This document shows, piece by piece, positions 1-12,013 of a stretch of DNA of 64,000 bases. The first letter of the stretch is position 1; every line of letters starts with the position of its first letter. Source of the stretch: Anolis carolinensis (taxonomy: Eukaryota); the NCBI RefSeq assembly GCF_035594765.1, contig NC_085844.1, positions 188,310,107-188,374,106 on the forward strand, in the 5' to 3' direction. The position numbers were made by a program, and so were the translations under genes. The notes under the pieces were generated by a model. That model was not told where the DNA came from, searched no databases, and saw only the letters and a list, made by a program, of their open reading frames with translations.

Positions 1-2360
1 GAGGGAAAGTTCTGTATCTGAAGCCAAAGAAAATTTTGAAGATCAGAATAAACCAGCTTTGACTGTCCTATGCAGCCAGTTAAAAAAAAATCAGAACAAG
101 GTCAGTGACATTCCTCTGAAATCTTCCTTTCTAAATCAGGGGAAATCCAGATAGAGAAGAAAAGGCCAGAGCTATCCAACCAGGATACCTCATGGTTGCA
201 CAGTTTGATCACAGAGATGGATGCATCCATAAGATTTTTTTTCAAGGGAAACAGACCTATTAACTCTGTGAAACACAACTTCCTAAGAAAGACAATTCCT
301 CATATATTTCAACTTCTGGTAGAATTCAGGCCACATCACATCTTCCAGGGAACAGGTGGTAGATTTTTCGGAATGTTACATTAAAGCCATTATATACAAT
401 CCAACCTTGTGTGTGTTTATCAGCAGAGGTGAATTCTAGGAACTAGGTATCAAGTCACCTTGGCCATTGACCAATAGTTTTGACTGTTGGATTTGGAATT
501 GGAGTTCAATGCCTGCAAGCTCATAGGTTGATTGCCCTGTATTAAGTTTCACATGGCAGTGGTGGGCAAACTGTGCCCCTCCAATTATTGTTGGACTGCA
601 GAGTCTTTAATATCAAGCAGCAGAACTAATGCAGGAAGATGATAGCATTTGCAGCTTAACAACATCTACAGCCATGCATTTTCCATGCCGTATGGGATCA
701 GAATGTCTTATGTCTTTAAAAAAAGGAGGAAGGATTAAGCAGAAGTTCCAGAAAAGACCATATTCTCCAGCCAGAACTGTTTCCAGAAGATGTTTGGGAC
801 AGAATTGAACCTAAGTGTGGTACCTACCTACTCTGTGCCAAAACTTCCTTTTCTAAGTACCGGCTCTAAAAGCAGACTTTCTCTTCTACTGCCACTGTAG
901 GCTAGCGGATAGTTAATTCAGAGGGATACTATGACAAATTGAAATCCATGTCATTCATCAAGCAGCTTACAGAAATCAGCTTAAGCCATGTGAAGAAACA
1001 GCAACTAGCTAAAATCTAGAGAAGATTCAAGTTGGGGAGTAAATACTATAGTTCTGCTTAGAAGGTGAGTGATACTAATCTCTCGTGTGTAGTTATCAGT
1101 GGCTAAAAACTCAGTGGCACACAGTACTTTCCCTAATATGTTGCCATATTTTTGTCTAGAAAAGGTGTATGGTGGTGATGGTTCACAGTTCTTCAAAATG
1201 TTTGCTTCAGTACAAAACTGGGAAGCTGACACATGCACAGTTGGAGTTCCTGCCTGTGTTATCTGAAAACCAGCTAGCCATTTGCAGACATGCAGTCCTC
1301 TTCCACCTGCTTTTTCTATAAAAACAAAGAACACGGTTAGATTTAAGATACAAAGGGATGAGGTATATAGGGGGGAAAATCCATGGCAACGAGCATCCTC
1401 CAGTACTCTCAGGCCTGCCAGAGAAATTCACAGGATGTTGATGGAGACCTTGAGATATTATATCTGCGATATTGCTCTTTTAAATTGCAGTGTCAGAGCT
1501 GGCACTAGTGCAAAGTGCACATTGAATCACATGTAACCTGATAGTGGGTGGATTTGATGTAGAATCAGTTTTAGCTGTGTGCTTTTTTCTAATGTTAATA
1601 ACATTATGTTATTTATCAGAGCACAACTGAAACAATTTTGCTTTTCTTTAAAGCCCTCCCTTTCTGCTGCCGTTTCAGGAAATGTGCACAAACATGTTTA
1701 GAAAGACAGACAGGACAATCTGTTGCCAAGAGAATTTGGCTGATGCTTCCTGCTTTATTGCTCTGATCTATCAGAGTATTAAATGACAAGAGAAGTAGCC
1801 TAACATAGGAACTAATGGTTTATGAACCAGCCTATTGCCCGTGTTACCTTTACATCTATATATATAAAAGAGTGATGGCATCACGGCAATTCACAAAACA
1901 ACAAAAGTACAGGCCCCCCAACCTCAAAATTTGACAACACAACCCATCATCCACGCCTCAAGGTTGATACAACAAAAAGAAAAGAAAAATAAAGTCCTAA
2001 TTAGAGGGAGAGCAATAATAGTTTTTATCCAATTGCTGCCAGTTTAGAGGGCTAATCTCTGCCCACTTGGTTGCCTAGCAATCAAGGGACAGCCAGGTTT
2101 CAGTTAGGGGACAGGCGGATGTAGGCCTCAGGCTTCTTCCACAGATTATCTAATTTGCACTGGATTATATGGCAGTGTAGACTCAAGGCCCTTCCACACA
2201 GCTATATAACCCATTTAGAATCTTATATTATCTGCTTTGCACTGGATTATCTTGACTCCGCACTACCATATAATCCACTTCAGTGTGCATTTTATCCAGC
2301 TGTGAAGAAGGGGCCTCAGATAATCCAGTTCTGAGCAGATAATTTAAGATTAGAAATATA

Positions 2361-3020
2361 CAGTAGAGTCTCACTTATCCAACGTAAACAGGCTGGCAGG
2401 ATAAGTGAATATGTTGGATAATAAGAAGAGATTCAGGAAAAGCCAATTAAACATCAAATTAAGTAATCGTTATACAAATTAAGCACCAAAACATCATATT
2501 ATACAACAAATTTGACAGAAAAAGTAGTTCCATGCGCAGTAATGCTATGTAGTATTTACAGTAGAGTCTCACTTATCCAACACTCGATTATCCAACGTTC
2601 TGGATTATCCAACGCATTTTTGTAGTCAATGCTTTCAATATATCGTGATATTTTGGTGCTAAATTCATAAATACAGTAATTACTATATAGCATTACTGTG
2701 TACTGAACTACTTTTTCTGACAAATTTGTTGTCTAACATGATGTTTTGGTGCTTAATTTGTAAAATCATAACTTAATTTGATGTTTAATAGGGTTATCCT
2801 TAATCCCTCCTTATTATCCAACATATTCGCTTATCCAACGTTCTGCTGGCCCGTTTATGTTGGATAAGTGAGACTCTACTGTACTGTATTTACAAATTTA
2901 CCACTAAAATATCTCAATGAATTTAAAACACTGACTACAAAAACATTGATTATGAAAAGGCAGACTGCGTTGGATAATCCAGAACATTGTATAAGCAAAT
3001 ATTGGATAAGTGAGATTCTT
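2361..3020. mobile_element. Tc1/mariner-type MITE with a second copy (2559-2881) nested in it in inverted orientation
   Basis: TIRs CAGTAGAGTCTCACTTATCCAA / TTGGATAAGTGAGACTCTACTG with TA flanks. An uninterrupted copy of the same family is at 27418-27740. Confidence 0.8.
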
Positions 3021-3450
3021 CTTTAATATGAAATAATTACTGGGATAGAATAATGCAGAACAATATAATCTCTAAAACCAGGACAGTAAATAAACAGGGG
3101 AATTCCACACAGGAAACAATCAGGGCCAGCTAACACCTCCCAACAAAGTATTCCCATCATCAAAGTCTGGCAAATCCTGTTTTCTCAGGGCCACAGACAG
3201 TAGAAGCACATAAAATATCGCAAACAACACCACTCTGAAAACAAGGGAATTCCAGACAGGAAACAATCAGGGCCAGCTAACACCTCCCAACAAAAAATTC
3301 ACTCAGGGAGGAAACAGCCAGGCTTTAAAGCTGCAAGGCCATTACATCCTAATCATTTTTCCTAATTGCAGCATTCATACTTGCCTCCAACAAACAAACA
3401 AAAAAACCAATCAGAAATATTGTATATTCACAACCTTTAGGAAATAATAT

Positions 3451-3780
3451 CCCCTGATGGCGCAGCATGTTAAAGCACTGAGCTGCTGAACTTCTGGACC
3501 GAAAGGCCACAGGTTTGAATTGGGGGAGCGGAGAGAGCCCCCACTGTTAGCTCCAGCTTCTGCCAACCCAGAAGTTCGAAAACATGCAAATGTGAGTGCA
3601 TCAATAGGTACTGCTCCGGCAGGAAGGTAACACCGCTCCATGTAGTCATCCCACATGACCTTGGAGGAGTCTACGGACAACGCCGGCTCTTCGGCTTAGA
3701 AATGGAGATGAGCACCAACCCCCAGAGTAAGACACGACTGGACTTAATGTCTGGGGAAAACCTTGACCCTTGACCTTAAC
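3451..3780 (+). mobile_element. Sauria-type SINE
   Basis: tRNA-like head followed by the body GGCTCTTCGGCTTAGAAATGGAGATGAGCACCAACCCCCA and an ACCTT-type tail. Near-identical body at 54704-55030. Boundaries approximate. Confidence 0.75.
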
Positions 3781-4398
3781 TACCACCAATTCCTCAAGAC
3801 TTTATTTCCCATACCACCAGACTTCGCCACAGCAACGCGTGGCCGGGCACAGCTAGTCCAGAGTATAAAATGAATAACATTGTCACACTGTTGTTGTGTG
3901 CCTTCCAAGTTCCTTCCCAGGTATGGTGACCTTAAGGCAAACCTATAGCAAGAGCATCTGGGGCTGAAAATGTGTCTCACCCAAGGTCACTCAGTGGGCT
4001 TCCATAGCCAAATGGGAAATCAAATGCTGGTTTTCAGAATTGTTGCCCAATGCTCAAACCATACCACCATGCTAGTTTATGTAACATATTACCCTATGCA
4101 GTGGTATGACAACACTGATAGCAAGATGCTCAGTTACTTCAGATGAAACAAGTGGATGGAAGATGTCTTTGGAAAAACAGCAGGGGTAGCCAACAGAGAC
4201 AAACATGTGAAAAAGAGACTGTGGGTGTATGTATGCTGGATATTAAAAGAACTGCTTCGTCTCCCTGAAAAAACATACCTCCATGCTTCATTCATCTTCA
4301 TTATTTTTTTATTCTAGTTCAGTATCACCATCCCCATTTCCTCCTCTCCCTCAGCACTGTTATCATCATCAAGTATACTCAGAGCTCTTTCAGTGTTG

Positions 4399-4956
4399 TT
4401 ATCCATCCAGAAGTGCTTGTGGTTCAGTCTGAGTTGCTTGTTCCCTCCTATTTGCAGCTACAGGGACTTGGCTGGGATGCTTCTCTTGCTGTGGAAACTC
4501 ACTTGTAATCTCAGCCTCAGTTTCCTTGGGATTCAGAATATCCCTGGCTAACTCTTCAATGTTTTTCAAACTCAATAAGCCAAGGCTTTTGTAGTAGTCA
4601 TTCACGACTCTTTCAAGAACTTTTATGGCATCAGAGGTTCTGAAGTGGTTCTCCAGGACTTGGGAGAGCTGGTACCACACAGAATGGGCCTGGGCAAAGG
4701 TGGGTTTTGAGGGCTCATTCAGAGGCGTTAGCTGAGGTTTTTTAATGGCAAGATAGAGGACGGATTCTGGGCCAATAGAATAATCTGACAATCTGTGGTC
4801 CTCATCTAGCACTTTGCCCTGAAACAACAAAGTGGTCTGATCCTCAGGGACCTTCAGTTCTTCTGAAACCAGGCTTTTCAACAGAGAGATGCTCTCGTGA
4901 CCGGATACCTGGAGGCAGCACTGCTGTCCTAGCAGCCTCTTCACCTTGAGCTGCAT
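4399..4956 (-). CDS. UBL4B: Intronless ubiquitin-like protein 4 (UBL4B-like, ~185 aa): N-terminal Ubl domain plus C-terminal Get5/TUGS-like helices
   Basis: MQLKVKRLLGQQCCLQV...LLFQGKVLDEDHRLSDYSIGPES matches the UBL4A Ubl domain. VWYQLSQVLENHF...LSLKNIEELARDILNP matches the UBL4 C-terminus. Single exon, next to STRIP1/AHCYL1 as mammalian UBL4B is. The ORF track extends to 5067, but homology starts at ATG 4956. Confidence 0.8.
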   Translation of the reverse strand: MQLKVKRLLGQQCCLQVSGHESISLLKSLVSEELKVPEDQTTLLFQGKVLDEDHRLSDYSIGPESVLYLAIKKPQLTPLNEPSKPTFAQAHSVWYQLSQVLENHFRTSDAIKVLERVVNDYYKSLGLLSLKNIEELARDILNPKETEAEITSEFPQQEKHPSQVPVAANRREQATQTEPQALLDG

Positions 4957-5455
4957 GGTTTTGCTTGAAGGGCAAGAAAGATAATCCCTGGTCATATAGA
5001 GGATAGTCAACCCTACAGGTAGGACACAAAGAAAGGAATTCATTGGTTGACTTTTTGCTGATGTCACAATTCTATCAGGGTCCAGTGTCTGATAAATATT
5101 CCCTCTGTCTAAACTTTACCCACAGAACTAGTAATTACAACATGGTTATCCCATTTTTGTTCTATTGTTTCAGGTCACCAGAGGAGACCCCCTAACTCTA
5201 CAAAAGTGGCTGACACGTAACCACCAGAAGTCCATGGTTTAAGAGTCAACACACTGTCTGTACTCCTAAACACTTAATATTAGGGAGAAAGTACAGTAAA
5301 ATTCCTGTGTTAACTACTTCCCCATAGCTGCCTGCTGCTTCATCTGCTCATTATCCCATGAAGTCTGATTCCTCTTAGCATTCATTTCTTGCCTCTAATT
5401 CATGTTCAAAATGGTAATGTCAAGTTCTTTTTGAATGGGAAATATCTTTTTGTAT

Positions 5456-6168
5456 TTATTTATTTCATGTCAAAAGCATTGCATAACAAATACATTTTAA
5501 AATGATGAAAAAAAGGAAATCACAATCACAAATAGTTTTAGACCAAAAACGGGCAACAGCAACCGCATTGTCTGTAGCTTTAAACAACTCCTCCTCCGTG
5601 CATGAGGCAGGACATTGTGGGCAAGCATACATATGCGGAGTTGTTTGTTCTGCTCCACAGTCACACAAGGTGGAGGATTCCTCCAGGTAGTGCCACCTTG
5701 CCAAGTTGTCTTTAGATCTGCCCACTCCACTTCTGAGTCTGTTCAGGGACTTCCAAGTTGCCCATTCTTGGTTTGCCCCTGGAGGAAGAGCCTCATGGGG
5801 GGCCATCCAGTTAGAATTGCCAGGTTTAGCTGCCCAGAGGGACACCCTTGCTGTTGCTGGAGGAACATCAAGAGGAGTGGTGGTTCTCATGAAGCCCTTC
5901 CTTGATTTGAGTCTGGTGGGAGGAGGCTGATAGTCATGCAGTGGGTGGCTTTCACAGTGTTCAACCTTATTTCTCTCACCGTTAGCAGCAACTTCCCGTC
6001 GCACGTCAGGAGGGGCAATGCCAGCTAACTTGTAGAGTTTATCAACAGGTGTAGGTTTAAGGCATCCCGTGATTATTCTGCATGTTTCGTTTAGTGCTAT
6101 GTCCACCTGCTTCGCATGGGCAGACTTTTGCCAGACAGGACAGGCGTACTCAGCAGTTGAGAAATTGG
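5456..6168 (-). mobile_element. 5'-truncated non-LTR retrotransposon (Vingi/Ingi-like), 3' end of RT ORF
   Basis: ORF 5465-6211 has YACPVW...RIITGCLKPTP...LNRLRSGVG...CDCGAEQTTPHMYACPQC (post-RT region with C-terminal CCHC). Short (TAAA)n tail. Flanking duplication ATCTTTTTGTAT at 5444-5455 and 6169-6180. Confidence 0.75.
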
Positions 6169-8110
6169 ATCTTTTTGTATGGGAAATATATTTGATAACG
6201 ACATTATACAAATATTTCAGGTGAGGGCAAAAGTAGCTATTCCAAATCTGAGAAGTGCCTGCATTCTCGTTTTTTGGGACTACACTTCATAACAATCTAG
6301 AGCTCATTGGACTGAAGTCAAACATCACCAAAAAAACTGCTCTACAATCGGAGCAGAAGCATTCTTAGTATGGGGAGCCTTAAGAAAACATATTGGAAAT
6401 ACAGGATGAAAAAAAAGCATGCAAAGTAGTCATGCAGTGAACGCAGAAATATAATGAAATAAGAAGTATGGAAATAGATTTTTGCAACTGAAGAATTCTT
6501 CCAGATTGTACATAGGTGTGCCATTTCTCATTTCAAACCACCAAGGGACAACAGAGTCTCTTGTATAGACAAGGGAATGGCTGTAACAACGATCAGGATA
6601 TAATGTTAGGTTCATTTTCCCATTTATCTGTGTTACAATTTTTCTGCTGTTTATTTCAGAGGGCTGCTTTATGCCTCAACTAATGAACATTAGTAACATT
6701 GCAATGAGCTAATTCCTCTATACTTCTCAGAGCCAAGATACATGTGTACAAACAATGTAAAACAGGTAGCACAAGAATTCATGAGGGATAGATCAGCCAT
6801 TTACCTGAACAAACAAAATGCTGACTGTTGTTTCATTTAATCAGCCATAGCAATGGAGGCTGAGATTTTCTTTTAAAAGTTTAACCAATGATAAAATGTC
6901 CTGTAAAACAGCATTTTAGATAGTTTACTATACCATTGTTTTAGCTCAGTTACCCTGAGTATAAACAAATGTAATTACAGAATCAAAGCACGCTGGTAGA
7001 TAAGTGATTGCTGTAATTAGCTACTCAAATTGCCAGCAGAAAATATGTCTCGAAACCTGAGCTTGTAGATAATGAGGAGGAAAGAGTATTGCAGGCGGGA
7101 ATGAGAAGCCTTTCCCCATAAAAAATTAAGATACTGCAGTAGAATACATATTTTTAAATGGTCCTTGGGAACACAAACCTAGTAATTGTATATACATGTA
7201 ATGTGTGAGTGTATCATTGAAATTGACATATTTTAAAAGAGTAAGTTGTGCCTGGATAGAAGCTATATTCCCTAGAAAGACATCAGGGCTCCCGTAGAAA
7301 AATGAGTTGTTATATTTGTCATAATTTGACTTTGTAAAAGGATGAAAAAGTAAGTTGGTAGAAAAGTTAAAAAGAACACGCAGAAGTCCCTGCCCCATGG
7401 GAATTTTTCTAAAGGCATTTTTTTTACTCTTGCTGACCCAAAGAGGAGCTTTATAGACTTTATAATGTTCCTGGCATATCAAAAGGGGCAAATTAACCTG
7501 AAGTACCTATTACTGCATAGGATCAAGTGGGCAGACTTTTCATACACCTCCCAAAGCAAACTCCAATTGCATGTTACATTTGATGTCGTATTGTATATTC
7601 CACTTGAAAGACAATAGTAATTTCTTCCAGTTGCAGAGTTGCTACCATTTTCCACTTGATTTTAGAGAAAAACAAGGTTAGGTAGACAATCCTTTCATTG
7701 TAGATTGAAGACAGAAGGGTGATCTGGCAAAGACATTTCTAGTGAGCACTCCCCCACTAGAAAAATCCCATATTATTTCTCAGTGCAAAAACCAGACTAA
7801 CTTGTTTTCAGTCAATCAGGAGTCCAGTAGACTGAAAGTGGTTTCTTTCATTCACTTGTGTAAACATAATTTAGACTTTGCTTCATGCAAGGGATTTTGA
7901 AGAAGGATGTTATGAAAAATGCAGTTCTCCATGGTCCCTTGGGGAGCAAACATTTGCCCATACCCCTCTTGATCAGTTCTAGTAGTGAGTTCTGGGGCCC
8001 TCCTCTTCAAATGTAAAGGGAGACAGATCTATCAGTTGGGACTGTCAAGGAGGAGAGGACACCAACCCACAGGTTGGTGATGTCTTGTCAGGAAGAAGCA
8101 TGGGAAAGCT

Positions 8111-8351
8111 CATGCTCAGTGGATGGATGAGCTCTTTTCCCAGATGGCCCATGGCAAACTTGTTATGTGCTCTCTCCAGCCCCAGGTTGTCAATTCCCTG
8201 CCTTCTTTTGAGAGACTATGTGTACATGGGAGGTGGGCAAGACAAATGAAAAGGCTTGGAGGAGTGTTTGGGTACAAGGTAATGCCTGCAGAGCACAAGT
8301 GTTGGAGAACTTTTTGTCAATGGTTCTGTAATAGGATTTTAGGGACATCCA
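8111..8351 (+). repeat. Copy 1 of a ~241-bp direct repeat
   Basis: CATGCTCAGTGGATG...GATTTTAGGGACA is co-linear with 10360-10600, differing by scattered substitutions. Confidence 0.9.
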
Positions 8352-9297
8352 CACAGTTCAACAAGAACAATGGTCTGAATGAAAACTTAGGCTGTTACAA
8401 ATATGGTAAAATGTGCTTGAGACATACAGTCTTATTTTAACCCTAATATAGTGCATGTAAAGCCCTTCTTCTCTATGCTAGAGAAAAAGCATGAACAATC
8501 CAAAACAAAGAACCATTTGTGGACAATAATTCTCAGGAAAGTCAGCTACTGCTCACATCAAGAAAATATCTCCCTGCCTTAAAGTTTGTCTTATTCTTCC
8601 TATTAATCTTGACTCTCCAACTCACTTCCAGGAAACAAAATCTGTGACACCCCAGTAAACCTGTTTCCATTCTTAGTAGAAATAGACCATTCATCTTCCT
8701 GTCAAAGGTCCCAATTTTCATCAGGTAAATAGAGCCTGGATTTCTTTCCACTAAATGCTCAAAAATTTCAGGATTCATATAAAACACACAATATCAAATG
8801 TCAGGCATTTTGCTATTTTTAATGTTTGTTCACTGTTTTACATGACTGCTTGCTTCTTTTACATGATCATGCCACCGTCACATTGTTCACAATGAAGAAA
8901 TAGAAGGAGTCTCGCTCTCTCGGTATGTACACCTTTTTAAAAGCTTGAATTCCCACTTATGGATGGATAAAAATCTGGGGATTAGGCTGCCCGATCAGAC
9001 TAACTGTACTTGTTCTACTAAACTTGATCCTAATTCTAGGTTAGAGAAGGTATGCCTCTGTTTTTACTGGTCTTTGCTGAAGAGATTCTCTGCAATTGAG
9101 AATCAGTGACTGAAATGGAAGGTTCGGTTGCCGCTGTAAGGGAGAGAGCAGCCAGCTCAATTCAAGTATTGCCAAAAGGGAATTCTGAACTTATAGAAAG
9201 AATGAAAACCTTTCACAAGGAACCTCTGAAGAAAACGGTAAGTGCAAAAAAACAAAACAAAAAACACAAAAATACAAAAGACAAAACAAAAAAGGAT

Positions 9298-9470
9298 TGT
9301 GTGTATGGCCATGTTCCATAAGTATTGTCTCCTGACGTTCGCCCACATCTATGGCAGGCATCCTGAGAGGTTGTGGGCAAAACGTCAGGACAGAATACTT
9401 CAGAAACATGGCCATAGAGCTCAGAAAGCACACAACCCTGCGATTCCAGCCATGAAAGCCTTCGACAACA
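9298..9470. mobile_element. Penelope pseudo-LTR fragments in inverted arrangement
   Basis: Same motifs as 38240-40350 (GTATGGCCATGTTCC..., ...GCCATGAAAGCCTTCGACAACACA). Hammerhead core is degenerate. Confidence 0.7.
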
Positions 9471-10359
9471 CATTGAATAAAAAAGAATGCAGAGGAAGAA
9501 CAAAAACTTCAGGTCCCTCCAGCAGTTCCTCTTGTGGCCCTAACCAAGGAAATAAAAACTGACATCTCTGAAAAGAAAACAGAGGTAGTCCATGGCTGGT
9601 GTGTGGTCCATGGAATAGTACTTTACTGACCATCATTTATTTGGTTTCCTTTGCTGCTCTGTGATGGCATGGGCTATGTCAGGTGGTGGGGGCAAACAGC
9701 AGTGGTGACAAGCAGCAGCAAGTGGCTGCATCAGGCAGGACAAGTGGTGGGGACTGGCAGGTGATGGCAAGAGGGAGCGGCAGGAACAGGTAGCAGGTAG
9801 TAGCAAGCTGGGGCGACGGGCAGGGAGAAGCGGCAGCAACGGGTAGGAGGCAAGCGGGGTCAACAAGCAAGCAGGAAGCCAGCAGCAGTAGGTGGGTGGA
9901 GGCAAGCAGCAGCTGGAACAACTGGCAGTAAATGGCAGGCAGGGCAAGCGTGGGCTGCAGGCAGGAAGCAGTGGCAGGGGTGGGCGGGGAAAAGCGGTGG
10001 CAGCACCTAGCAGGCTGCACCAACACCTTGTGCAGACCACATGGCCTAGTTTATGTCCAGGATGGGAAAAACCATGTCCCTTTTCATCTACCTGTAACAA
10101 ACATCTCTGTTCTTGAAGATTCATCAAACAACTACATCTATGAGGACTGTGTGCTGAGAAATCAAGAAAAGTCAGAGAAACGTCTCACATACCAACTGAC
10201 ACAAGGAAATCATTCTATGCTTGCAAGATTGCTATAAATAATATGACCCCTCATCTAGAGAGCACAGCTTAGCCTTAACTCCTTGTAACCAACACCTCCA
10301 GAGAGAAGAGAAAGACAACAGAAATTAGAAAAATCTACCAGCCCCAAAAAGACGAAGCG

Positions 10360-10600
10360 CATGCTCAGTGGATGTATGAGCTCTTTTCCCAGATGGCCCA
10401 TGGCAAACTTGCTATGTGTTCTCTCTAGCCCCAGGCTGTCAATTCCCTGGCTTCTTTTGAGAGACGATGTGTACATGGAAGTTGGGCAAGACAAATGAAA
10501 AGGCTTGGAGGAGTGTTTGAGTACAAGGTAATGCCTGCGGAGCACAAGTGCTGGAGAACTTTTTGTCAATGGTTCTGCAATAGGATTTTAGGGACACCCA
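10360..10600 (+). repeat. Copy 2 of a ~241-bp direct repeat
   Basis: Co-linear with 8111-8351. Confidence 0.9.
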
Positions 10601-12013
10601 GTCCTAAAAATATTTACTCAAAAGCTCCCAATAATTTCAGTAAGATTTAGTTCCATGTAAGTTGTCATACGATTTCAGACTAAGGATGTAACCAGATTAC
10701 AAAGCAGACAGATGGAAAATGCCATCATACTGCTGGATTTAATGCTAAGGTTCATGCACTTCTGTTTTAACATTCAAGACACACTGCAAATCTCTTGAGG
10801 AAGAGAAATCACCCACTTGACAAACATATCAATGTATTGCCTATTTCAAGTAGATGGCTTCGCTTCCACCATATTCACAGTTCAGTTTTGCAAGACCATT
10901 AGAGGCATGGTTCTTGCAAAACAAGGCGGCAAACCTGGCCTTGGATTATGCTATTTCAGATTTTCATAGGGTTGCTTGGGGTAGTAGAGACAAAATCCAA
11001 ACGTATGAACTTCTTTGTGAGAACAGTAACATCAAAAATAAGGATGTTTGAGTTTGCTACATTGACTGGGAAAGAACAAATACTGTAGGCAGGTGGAATA
11101 AGGAAACTACCCTACCATATGGACTTACACTAAAAATTGCTTTACATGGTCTTGCGCAAAATGATGAAACGCGAGCATGCTGATAAAAGCGAGAACTTCG
11201 CTTTATCATATGCAAATATGAAAGATTGCTTAATGAAAAGAAACAGATATTACTAAATTATGCCAGTTATTATCTGGAATTATTCTTAGACACAATTTGG
11301 CTTTACCAGCAAACAAAATGGGCCAACATTTCTGGATGAAGTTGCCTGATCACTTCCCCAAGAGAGGACAAGCCAACTGCAAAGCTTTCATTGCCAACTA
11401 GCTGATGGGAATTCTGGTAATGCTGAAAACAAAAAAAGAACGTTTTGCCTTCTCAATGTTGTCACAACATGCACTAGATGGACTTCAGAGATCTCTTTCC
11501 TGTGACAGATTGAGGATTGGTATACCAAGATATTTCCCACCTTCTACTAATACCTTCATGAAGCTTCTTTTTCCTAGAAGCTAACAGAAAAGGGGCAGCA
11601 TTCTGTCTCTCTGAGACATAGATGGGAGCAGAGCAGAAAAAGATGGCATTGTAGTTTGAAAGAGACAAGCTAGTCAAGTCCAGTGAACAGCGATCTGAAT
11701 AGCCATCAGTGCCGACACTGATATTGTCCAGATATCTCCAAGTGAACAACTTTGGATCCATTGAGCATGTTCCAAACCACCCAAGAACCCCCAAAGATTT
11801 AACACCTTCTAAGACATCCAGGAACCATGGAAAGTCATATGACTAAGTCACTGAAAGCAGTAAAATTTATGCTGCCACATGGATAAGAAACGAACGGCAG
11901 ATTACAAGCCATATGAAAACCAGTTTATCTTCTCTATGTTTGGGCTGACCGAAGCACGAGAGCTCTCATTCCTGGGCACATGGACTAGCCCTGAGTCTCT
12001 GAAGATTTCCCTC

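Larger units (their letters stand above)
1855..3856 (+). mobile_element. Non-autonomous Helitron (~2.0 kb) containing nested MITEs, Penelope-like fragments and a SINE
   Basis: Inserted between A(1854) and T(3857). Starts TCTATATATATAAA and ends CACAGCTAG, with a subterminal hairpin GCCAC-agcaacgc-GTGGC (~3826-3843). No TSD. These are canonical Helitron termini. Confidence 0.8.

Noticed and set aside
4957-5067. 37-aa N-terminal extension of the UBL4B ORF
   Set aside because: Starts at a non-ATG codon in the ORF track, and UBL4 homology begins at MQLKVK.
9633-10127. Overlapping Cys/Pro/Leu-rich ORFs
   Set aside because: Products of a GC-rich low-complexity GGCA/CAG block; no recognisable domain.
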